Origin: a virus
Lineage: Duplodnaviria > Caudoviricetes
IMG/VR virus record: IMGVR_UViG_3300044641_005618
DNA length: 64,000 nt
Strand: one strand, 5' to 3'
Part shown: one piece after another, positions 48,024 to 55,885 of the stretch
Position numbering within the stretch: position 1 is the first letter of the stretch
How the letters are laid out: each line of letters starts with the position of its first letter
Notes under the pieces: model-generated
The model's input: only the letters and a program-made list of their open reading frames with translations
The model's database searches: none
Told to the model about the DNA's origin: nothing
Translations under genes and position numbers: made by a program

Positions 48024-48467
48024 TCAGGTTCGGTCCCAAGAGTTCACGGTTAATTGAATCTCAATCTCCTGGACATTGCCGCTTTCACGGTCAACATCGG
48101 CGGTATTAAGAGACATGAACTGACACCCGTAGCAAGTGTATTGGCCGCCAGCAGGGGCTGATCCGTTTCCAACACAGTCCTTCGGAGTGACTGTAACTGT
48201 GATTTCTCGGCAATTGTACTGCAACCAGTAAATTTCCAACTGCTTGAAGATCGTGGGATCGTACGGAGCAGAAAGGGAGATGTTGTCTACCTTTTTGGGG
48301 CCTACAACTTTGTAAATACGGTTACCAGTACCATTGGCGTAGTCACTGCTACTTGAGGAATCCTTGATTCCGCTGAATTTTGTAAACGTGGCGATTAGTG
48401 TGGGTCCGTCAGGAGCTACGAAGCTAACTTCGTACTGGGACTTTGTAATCGGTCTGAGAATAGCCAT
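48024..48467 (-). CDS. Tail tube protein
   Basis: 147 aa; FTKFSG...GPKKVDNISLS...ITVTV...GCQFMS...DVDRES...EIQLTV, T4 gp19-like pattern. Confidence 0.8.
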   Translation of the reverse strand: MAILRPITKSQYEVSFVAPDGPTLIATFTKFSGIKDSSSSSDYANGTGNRIYKVVGPKKVDNISLSAPYDPTIFKQLEIYWLQYNCREITVTVTPKDCVGNGSAPAGGQYTCYGCQFMSLNTADVDRESGNVQEIEIQLTVNSWDRT

Positions 48468-48495
48468 TGGGTCACCTCCTTGTTACCTTCCCTTA

Positions 48496-51400
48496 TCAGG
48501 ATAGGATGTTGGTGATCATAGCGCCAGAACCAATAAGACCAGTTGCGCCGAGGCCAACTAGGTTAACCACACGTTCAATTGTGATTTCAGCACGAACAAC
48601 GCGGCGTTCACGAATGTAGTATTCGGGACGGACGGCGGGGGTGCCTGTGAGCTGATATGTGTAAGAGAAGGCAGGAGTCGCAGCATTCGCACCACCAGCA
48701 GGCATGATGGAATCAGAAGGACCGTTAGGGCTGTAGAACAGAAGGATACCGTTAGCGGGGAATACCGGCTGTAGGGTTCCATCTTGCGCTAAGTAACGAC
48801 CTTCGGCAACACGTAGGCCACGCTCAAGACCGAAGTAGCGAGCAATGACGTCAGTGTCGACGCTGTCTGCAGATGTGTACTTGATACGATCAAGGATCTT
48901 CTCGTTGGTCAGCAAGAGGTCAAACACGGCAGTACCGACGACTGCGGAGTTTGGACGGATACCGATTTGGTTGGCGACTGCACGCTTGAGGGTTAGGATG
49001 TCTTCAATTGGGTTAGAAGTAGCACCAGACCAGGCGGCGTCTCCAGCAACGGAGCCGTAAGCTGTCTTAAAGTTTGTCCAGGTTGTGAAACCGAGTCCGG
49101 TCTGGGAACCTGCGGTTCCGTTGTAGGGCTCGTAAGGGTTGTAAGTCGCGGTGACGGAAACAGCTTGAGCAACGGTGTACTCGTAGCTGTTCATCAATCT
49201 GGACATTGCATTCCTGGTTTCGATTGCGCGAAGATCTACTTGTGCAGGCAAATTGTTATCGTAAAGGCTCTTTATCCCTTACTTCTTTCTGTTTCCAGAA
49301 AGTTCAGACTATATCTTCACCTTTGCTAAGCAAAGGGCTGGGCGCTCGTGGACGAGTTATTGTTGTCGAAACTCATCGTCTAGTCGTTGAACCTTTTTAC
49401 CACAGAAATCATAGCGATTTCTCGACGTAGTAAACTCGGCTGCTGATTGCCTGTTTCTTTAACGGAAATTCAGGGATCCCAGCAATTCACCCAGTTAATT
49501 TGTGGTTAAGCTGCCACAGCAAGAGCCAAACAACCCTCGCCAGCGTTTTCAATTCAATACTGTTACCGTAAAGGCTCTTTATCCTTTACTTCTTTCTGTT
49601 TCCAGAAAGTTCAGACTATATCTTCACCCTTGTTAGGGTGCTAGGCGCTCTTGTCAGCTTCATCACTGTTCTAGTGGTATGCTGTTAGTCGTTGAACGTT
49701 CTCTCAGTCCCCTGAGAGTTTCGCTGCTGATTGCCTTGTGTTTCAGAGAAGTCACTCCTGAAACCGTCAGGTTTCCCAGCAATTCACCCAGTTTTTCTTT
49801 CAGTTTCTCAACTGATGGAGGCTATTGATTCAACCTCTTCAGGCAATTCCCAGGCGACCACTTCCTGCTCTAGAGCATAAGGCTCAGAGTCGTAGCGGCT
49901 TTGGACGTATGGGATGTTAGTTCCGTAAGCACGACGGAAATCGTTTATAGCAAACTGCTCCTTCCCAAATCTGAGAATTCTCCCAGCGCGGGTAGGGGTG
50001 TCCACAACCGGTGCGATAAACACTTGTTACCGTGAAGGCTCTTTATCCTTCACTTCTTCGCATTTCTGCAAAGATCAGACTATATCATCATCTTCCTTAA
50101 ACTTTTTAACAACGGTTCGCAGAGACTGCCAAGTATTACCTAGACCGGTTAGCCGGAACAGCTTCCTGGCCCCACACTTTTCGTTAGAAACCCAAACTTC
50201 ATGCAATAAACCTAAATTAGACCAAACTTCGACATTAGCCCGAGGGTTTTTAATGCCTGTTCGATCCCGGTCGGGTCTATTAGCGGCTTGCAAGGCGAAT
50301 TGTATAGTTGGTTTACTAAGTGCCTTATCTTTAAGTTTCTGTCTTGATTCTGCACTCCACACTCTGTTCTTGCATAATTCTGCACGAGCGGATCTTTCTT
50401 TATCAGACATTGGAACTTTCCTGGGTCTGGCCTTTCCTTTATTGGATTTGCCAATTTTAAACCTAGTTTCGTCCGAGTGTTTATGATGAGCTAAGGTTTC
50501 GTACACTCTGGAGTTTTTCGAAGACTCCTTGAAAGAGTTTATAGCTTTGCCTAACCTCTTTATGGAAGAGAAAGCTAGAGCCAGTAGGCAGTGAGACAGG
50601 TAGTGCTCTCTGTAGGTGAGTTTGATTAGGTTACCATCTTCATTTCCACCCTTCATGCACTTGGGCACTATATGGTGAATGTGGTGTCCGGGTTCTCGTG
50701 TCAAACTCCTTGGGGGTCTGGAGAGGATAAACTTTATGTACCGTTGGTAGTGTAAGGGAGAGTCGGGCGCTCGTGGAAAGATTATTTCAGGGTTGATCAC
50801 TTTCTAGTCGTTGAACCTTTTTACTTAACACTACTATAGTTAGTAGAGACCCTAAGTAAACTTGGCTGCTGATTGCCTATTTTGCAAAAGCAAAACTAAG
50901 GTATCCCAGCAATTCACCCGATTTTCAATCAGAGTCACCTCTGAGTGGAACCCTATCGATTCGCAATGTTGGTGGACAGTATGTTTTCTCTGCTTACACA
51001 GAGTGTCGGACTATCTTATCGTTTCTTTACAAAACGTTGGGCGCTCTAGCCTGTTATTAAGGGAACTAAATCCCCCAGGTAGTCTCTGAACCTTCTTCCG
51101 GTGTACCGGAAGCTTGGCTGCGGATTGACCCTTTTGCTAAGCAAAAGTAGGCTTTCCCGCAGTTCACCCAATTTCTTTTCCCCTACACCAAAGGGAGCAT
51201 GAAGCCTTGTGCGAGTGTTGTGAGGATTGGCCAGTGTTATCGCAAAAGCTCTTTATCTTTTGCTTCTGTATGTTTCCATACAGGTCAGACTATATCATCA
51301 TCTTTGCTTGAGCAAAGAGTCGGGCGCTCGTGGATTGTTCGCCTGTTCTAGGCTACTTAATCTAGTCGTTGAACCTTGCCCCTATCCCTAGGGGCCTTGG

Positions 51401-51793
51401 CTGCTGATTGCCTATTTTGCAAAAGCAAAACTAAGGTATCCCAGCAATTCACCCGATTTTCAACTTTGTTTGGAAGTTGGGACCCTAATTAATCCACACC
51501 TGCATAAGTTTGTTGTAGCAACTTGTTATCGTAAAGGCTCTTTATCCTTTACTTCTCTACATTTCTGTAAAGTTCAGACTATATCATCATCTTTGCCTGA
51601 GCAAAGAGTCGGGCACTCGTGTCAGCCTCATCACTGTTCTAGTGGTACGCTGTTAGTCGTTGAACCTTGCCCCTATCCCTAGGGGCCTTGGCTGCTGATT
51701 GCCTATTTTGCAAAAGCAAAACTAAGGTGTCCCAGCAATTCACCCGATTTTCAATCAGAGTCACCTCTGAGTGGAACCTTTATGATTCATCAT
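48496..51793 (-). CDS. Major capsid protein, split by six group I introns (7 exons, 351 aa spliced)
   Basis: Exons 51793-51785, 51518-51492, 51230-51192, 50976-50959, 50020-49833, 49554-49533 and 49248-48496 total 1056 nt and read MMNLQQTYAGVDPILTTLAQGFMLPSTNIANFIAPVVDTPTRAGRILRFGKEQF...ELPEEVIENAGEGPAQVDLRAIE... The gene follows the protease and decoration genes. Confidence 0.9.
49249..49532 (-). mobile_element. Group I intron 6 of capsid gene (284 nt, no ORF)
   Basis: P AATTGCTGGGA, Q AATCAGCAGC, R TTCAACGACTA, S GATATAGTCT; P3 CUGGGUG/CGCCCAG; P1 GAGGGU with GCUCUU; ends in G. Confidence 0.9.
49555..49832 (-). mobile_element. Group I intron 5 of capsid gene (278 nt, no ORF, phase 2)
   Basis: P/Q/R/S present; P1 GAGGU with GCCUC; P10 UCAAU with exon AUUGA; ends in G. 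Confidence 0.9.
50021..50958 (-). mobile_element. Group I intron 4 of capsid gene (938 nt) carrying a homing endonuclease
   Basis: P/Q/R/S present; P1 GAAU with GUUC; 7-bp P10 CGAUAGG with exon UUUAUCG; ends in G. Confidence 0.92.
50075..50800 (-). CDS. Intron-encoded HNH homing endonuclease with NUMOD3-like repeats
   Basis: HIHHIVPKCMKGGNEDGNLIKLTYREHYLSH motif, then HSDETRFKIG and WSAESRQKL repeats. Confidence 0.88.
   Translation of the reverse strand: MINPEIIFPRAPDSPLHYQRYIKFILSRPPRSLTREPGHHIHHIVPKCMKGGNEDGNLIKLTYREHYLSHCLLALAFSSIKRLGKAINSFKESSKNSRVYETLAHHKHSDETRFKIGKSNKGKARPRKVPMSDKERSARAELCKNRVWSAESRQKLKDKALSKPTIQFALQAANRPDRDRTGIKNPRANVEVWSNLGLLHEVWVSNEKCGARKLFRLTGLGNTWQSLRTVVKKFKEDDDIV
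50977..51191 (-). mobile_element. Group I intron 3 of capsid gene (215 nt, divergent)
   Basis: P AACTGCGGGAA, Q AATCCGCAGC, R TTCAGAGACTA, S AAGATAGTCC; P3 UUGGGUG/CGCCCAA; P1 UCCCU with GGGGA; P10 UUGGUG with exon CACCAA. Confidence 0.9.
51231..51491 (-). mobile_element. Group I intron 2 of capsid gene (261 nt, no ORF)
   Basis: P/Q/R/S present; P3 UCGGGUG/CGCCCGA; P1 GGAU with GUCC; ends in G. Confidence 0.9.
51519..51784 (-). mobile_element. Group I intron 1 of capsid gene (266 nt, no ORF)
   Basis: P/Q/R/S present; P1 GAAU with GUUC. The 3' splice site could alternatively be 3 nt upstream (51522), adding one Leu. Confidence 0.88.
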
Positions 51794-51881
51794 AATAGAT
51801 GTTTCCTTGTGTGTAAAGTTGACTTCAAAGATTGCCGAAGCAATCTGACCCGCGAGTCCGAAAACTTTGGGGTCACTGTAG

Positions 51882-51889
51882 TTATACCC
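51882..51889 (-). promoter_or_regulatory. GGGTATAA variant of the putative late promoter, upstream of the capsid gene
   Basis: Lies just after a terminator and about 90 nt before the capsid ATG; the same variant occurs at 10646-10653. Confidence 0.55.
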
Positions 51890-51901
51890 TTCTTTTTCAC
51901 G

Positions 51902-51933
51902 AAAAAAGCCCCCAACTCGAAAGTTGAAGGCTC
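51902..51933 (-). terminator. Rho-independent terminator between decoration and capsid genes
   Basis: Minus strand AGCCTTCAACT-TTCG-AGTTGGGGGCT followed by a T run. Confidence 0.8.
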
Positions 51934-51967
51934 TTAGTGAAAACGCACCGAAATGCGTTAGTATTTC

Positions 51968-52441
51968 TCAGGCGAATGAAACCAGCAAGACAGTGCGACC
52001 GCCGATTCGCACGATTTCACGAATGAGCGGTATAGTACCGTCAAGAGTGACGTTGGTCCCGGTATTCGCAGTGGGTAGCGCCTTACCGTCAGCACCAACT
52101 GAAAGCTGGGCGTTGAGTACGAAGGGGGCCACGGCGCTGGCACTCACTTCAACAAGCAAGGAGCCACTGGTGGCCACAGAAGCTTGACGAGCGGTGCGAG
52201 GTTGAGACAGGGCTGTGGGAATGTAGGCCTGGTTCACACCTACAATCTTCCCATCAAACGCGGTCAGGTTGCCAGGGGCGCAAACTTTGTTTGCTCCGGC
52301 GTAGGTTGCGTAAGCAACAACTGCAAACTCAGGAATTTCAACGACTCCAGCCGTTCCACCTTGGTTGTCAGTAGCAGCGGTGAAAGTCTCCGCGTAACGA
52401 ATGAATTGCTTACCGTAAACTGGTGCGATGTTCAAAGACAT
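51968..52441 (-). CDS. Head decoration / capsid cement protein (DUF2190-like)
   Basis: 157 aa, Ala/Val/Gly-rich (IVGVNQ...ASVATSG...VGADGKA), directly upstream of the capsid gene. Confidence 0.7.
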   Translation of the reverse strand: MSLNIAPVYGKQFIRYAETFTAATDNQGGTAGVVEIPEFAVVAYATYAGANKVCAPGNLTAFDGKIVGVNQAYIPTALSQPRTARQASVATSGSLLVEVSASAVAPFVLNAQLSVGADGKALPTANTGTNVTLDGTIPLIREIVRIGGRTVLLVSFA

Positions 52442-52565
52442 TTTGATATTTTCAAAGGGTTATTGGTTTTGTTGTTTCCTCTAGGACTTGTTTTTCACCT
52501 AGCTTAGTTAATCAGGTTTTACCCTGCTTCACCTTAGTTTGAACCATGGTGAGTTCGTTTAAAAG

Positions 52566-53273
52566 TCAACGGTAGTCGATTCGGCAGCGGCAGCGATCGT
52601 AGCACCGGCACTCTTGCCCCGGCATCGGCAGGGTTCCAAAGGGCTGCCACCCCATCTCCCCAAACTTTATGCAGTCGGGGCAAGTTCTCCTGTCCAATAC
52701 TGGCACTCGCCGCATCTCCCGGTAACCCTGCTCTTGTTTGACGTAGGAGTCACCAAGGTTGAAAAATGAGTAGGAAGGGTTTGCAAGGTAGCGAACGACT
52801 CTGGTAACAAGGCTCAGCCAGGACATTTTCGGCTTCGGTGGGAACACCTCTTCGTCTCCTTCGTAAATGTCTTTAAGATCAATTTCCGAGAAATTTATGC
52901 GGTCGTCGCCGAGCATTAGAGTCCCGTCGTTTAAGGCTAGTTCAGTTTGGCTCAAGAATTCCAACAAAGGTGGGAGCATTTGCCCGGTCACAGTGCCCCA
53001 GGCCCGTTCGACTTTTGCTTTCGGTGCGGCTTTCCCTGCCCCCAGGTAAACGGCAGCGAGGGCTGCCGACAGCGTTTTATCAATCAAAGTTCGAGAATAC
53101 TCATCCCAGCGAATATCCTTGTCTCGCAAAGCCTTCACAAGAACTTTCGACTGGTTTGTCATGAGACTTTCCAGCTTCTCTTGTGTTTTCGCTTTGCGAG
53201 CTAAGACCTCTGCTTGAGAGAAGTAGTCCGCTCGCTTTTTCGTTACCTGCCCGACCAAAGTTAGAAGGTCCAT
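52566..53273 (-). CDS. Head morphogenesis protein (Mu gpF / SPP1 gp7-like)
   Basis: C-terminal DRRTCPDC...PMPG..CRC..RCRC motif. Confidence 0.8.
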   Translation of the reverse strand: MDLLTLVGQVTKKRADYFSQAEVLARKAKTQEKLESLMTNQSKVLVKALRDKDIRWDEYSRTLIDKTLSAALAAVYLGAGKAAPKAKVERAWGTVTGQMLPPLLEFLSQTELALNDGTLMLGDDRINFSEIDLKDIYEGDEEVFPPKPKMSWLSLVTRVVRYLANPSYSFFNLGDSYVKQEQGYREMRRVPVLDRRTCPDCIKFGEMGWQPFGTLPMPGQECRCYDRCRCRIDYR

Positions 53274-53305
53274 AGCTTAATCTCCGGGCAGCAGTATCGG
53301 AGCTA

Positions 53306-55885
53306 TCAGCCCCGACCTCCCCAAGGAATGGAACGCTTGATTGCCTCAACGTAATCGCACTCTCCAGCCTGAACCATCTTCATTGCACGAGAATGGGGGT
53401 CTAGATCTTCGTCATCTTCAGGGTCACTGAAACGTCCCTCTGCGACAACTTCACCGAAGTGAACCATGTTGGGCAAACGCTCAAGCAGCGCAAACAACTT
53501 GGTCGTTGGAGTTTCTCCTTCTGCGAAGTCAAGTGTACCGAACTCAAGACCTTCGCAGTAGTTTTGAAGCTCTCTCTGAGGAATTACTCCGTCGGTCATC
53601 TTTCCTTCGGTGTAGAGGCTGTCAACAAAGTCGGCGATGCGTTGCTTACGTGTTTTGGTCTGATGCTCCTGGTACTCTCTCTTCAGGCGAGAATTTTCAT
53701 TCTTAAGATTTTCCAGCTCGCGTTGGAACTCCTCGAACATTTGAACCGGATATCCCATGGGCTTAGCCTGTCCCATTGACCCCATTCCGCAGAAGTCGTC
53801 AGTTTCAGCGAATTCGTTGTCGTCACGGTCGCCATCCTCGTCCGGATCCTCTTCCATAGCGGGACGCTTTTGCCCGTAAGTCGAGCCCTTTCCGGTTCGA
53901 GTCATTGGATCGCGTTCTGCGAACTTGCGAGAAACTTTCCTGGAAGTCCCACACTCTTCCATGTCAAGATCGTCGTCTTCAGCGTGGTCGATCGAAGGCT
54001 TTTCACCCGATCGCTGACGCAGCACACGAACTTTGCGACTACCAACGACACTTTCTAGGTCGACAGCAATGTCGAGGTCGTCCGGCTCTTCCTCGGACCG
54101 GTCTGGGAAGTTTGTGGGTCCGTCTTCGCGACCGTGGGGATCGTTCCCCGCAGAAACACCTGCCTTTTTTGCAGTTCGTGTAACACCGTCGGACTCTTCG
54201 CTGTGATCCGCAATTTCCTTACCTTTGACCGACGCCCTCTTTTGTCCAGAGGTTTGGTGGAGAACGCGAGAAACTTTGTTGCCCTTGGTGCTCTGAAGCG
54301 GCACAGCAATATCTTCGGTGTCGGGCTCTTCCTCAGAGTCCTCAGAGACGGTTGTTGGCCCGCCGTCTCGACCGTGGGGGTCGTTTCCATCGGAGGTTCC
54401 CGGCTTGTTTCTTCCGGGGAGGCCGTACTCACCGTCGTTGTACTGGTCGTCTTCCATTGAACGGCGGCGACCCTCAGGTTGGTCGGCCCAACGGGAATCT
54501 TCGTCCCCTTCACCGTCGAGTGCTTTCGCCAGCTCTTCTCGGTCTTGCTCCTGGTCACCGTCCTTAGCAGTGTTTAAACGGTCCGTGTCTTGCGTCACGT
54601 CTGAAGTCAAACCTTCGCGGTCTTCCTCATCCCCTTGTCCAACCGACTGACGGTCCCCGTAGCTATCGTCGGATGACCGTGCTGTTTTAGAACGACCAGC
54701 TGGATCCCCTGAATCCTTCTCAGCACGTTTTCCAAATGATGCCTGTCTGTTCGCAGTTTTCTTAAACCCTACCTCAGCGTAGTCGCCCTCAGAATCTTCC
54801 TCGTCGGATTCTTCCACCTTCGCTGTCTTGGCCTTCATCTTAGCGATATTTTTCTTGAAAGCCGCAGGAACTTCTCGGTGTTCCTCGGAAAGTTCGTCTT
54901 CATCATCTTCCCCGTCCTCATCGTGGGCTTTGTGCTTAGCCTTCATCTTAGCGATATTTTTCCTGAAAGCAGCGGGAATCTCGCGGTGTTCGTCCGAGAG
55001 TTCTTCGTCGCCTTCTTCAAAAACCTCTTCCACAACTTGTACATGGTGGCCGTGAGCCCCTTTCGCAACTTTGCGAGAGACTCCTTCGTCGAACTTCTCT
55101 TCTGGAAATTTGTCTTCCATGTTTGCTAGACTTTGAGCGGATTCGGAGACTTCAGCTCCTTCACGCCCCATTTTCTTTTTCATTTCGGAAAATTGCTGGT
55201 TAGGGTTTTCGGGGGCGGTACTTTCATCCGCCGAATTTGTAGTTTGTGTCGAATCGACGTCTGTTTCAGTCTGATCGTCTTGGTTTTCTTGTAGCTCTTG
55301 AAGAGAAGAACTCATGTCTCCACGAATTTCCTCAAGCTTTTCCTTTAGGATTTCTAACGGGCTTCGCTCAACAAGAAGTGTGGGACCAAGCTCGTCGTCA
55401 AAGATGTCTTCTGGAGATAGAGCTGAAGCGAAGTTGAACACTCCGTTTCCTTCCTCAGAGAACGAGAAAGGCTCCAAGCCCTTAACCGCAGGGGGCGACG
55501 CCCCCAAAAGTGCCAAGTGCCGGACGCTCCACTGTCCCTCATGGGGGTTAATTGGAGAGTTTGGAGAGTAGAAGGATATGGAGACTTTGCGGTAATGCCC
55601 TTTTTTCACCAAATCTTTAGCAGTGTCAGTGAAGTCGACGTCTGCGTATAGCTTCTCTCCGCTCCTGACCAACTTTTTGACCCACCCGAAAGAAGGAACA
55701 CTGTCGTTGTCCCCAGTATGACCAATAACAAGGGGTGCCTCATGTGTTTGGGGGTCGTAGGAATCAACAACTTGCTGAAGGTCTTGGGGTGTGAAGTCCC
55801 TTTCTACGCCCTGGGCAGAAACCTGGGGTCCCGCCGTAAAAACATGAACACGTTTTGAAAACACTTTGCTACTCGTTGTACTCAT
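53306..55885 (-). CDS. Prohead protease (Mu gpI-like) fused to a long acidic scaffold (859 aa)
   Basis: EAPLVIGH, FGWV, YRKVSISFY, RHLALLGASPPAVKGL; acidic middle region; C-terminal coiled coil. Confidence 0.88.
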   Translation of the reverse strand: MSTTSSKVFSKRVHVFTAGPQVSAQGVERDFTPQDLQQVVDSYDPQTHEAPLVIGHTGDNDSVPSFGWVKKLVRSGEKLYADVDFTDTAKDLVKKGHYRKVSISFYSPNSPINPHEGQWSVRHLALLGASPPAVKGLEPFSFSEEGNGVFNFASALSPEDIFDDELGPTLLVERSPLEILKEKLEEIRGDMSSSLQELQENQDDQTETDVDSTQTTNSADESTAPENPNQQFSEMKKKMGREGAEVSESAQSLANMEDKFPEEKFDEGVSRKVAKGAHGHHVQVVEEVFEEGDEELSDEHREIPAAFRKNIAKMKAKHKAHDEDGEDDEDELSEEHREVPAAFKKNIAKMKAKTAKVEESDEEDSEGDYAEVGFKKTANRQASFGKRAEKDSGDPAGRSKTARSSDDSYGDRQSVGQGDEEDREGLTSDVTQDTDRLNTAKDGDQEQDREELAKALDGEGDEDSRWADQPEGRRRSMEDDQYNDGEYGLPGRNKPGTSDGNDPHGRDGGPTTVSEDSEEEPDTEDIAVPLQSTKGNKVSRVLHQTSGQKRASVKGKEIADHSEESDGVTRTAKKAGVSAGNDPHGREDGPTNFPDRSEEEPDDLDIAVDLESVVGSRKVRVLRQRSGEKPSIDHAEDDDLDMEECGTSRKVSRKFAERDPMTRTGKGSTYGQKRPAMEEDPDEDGDRDDNEFAETDDFCGMGSMGQAKPMGYPVQMFEEFQRELENLKNENSRLKREYQEHQTKTRKQRIADFVDSLYTEGKMTDGVIPQRELQNYCEGLEFGTLDFAEGETPTTKLFALLERLPNMVHFGEVVAEGRFSDPEDDEDLDPHSRAMKMVQAGECDYVEAIKRSIPWGGRG

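Noticed and set aside
49808-50023. Stand-alone 71-aa ORF, and the TTG start at 49251 for the capsid
   Set aside because: These are exon 5 and exon 7 of the spliced capsid gene with intron flanks.
49250-51780. Repeated blocks considered as a CRISPR array or tRNA/ncRNA cluster
   Set aside because: The repeats are long, irregular and structured, with group I core motifs, and the unique spacers join into one protein frame.
53870-55055. Several overlapping ORFs on both strands within the scaffold gene
   Set aside because: Alternative-frame products of a low-complexity acidic coding region.
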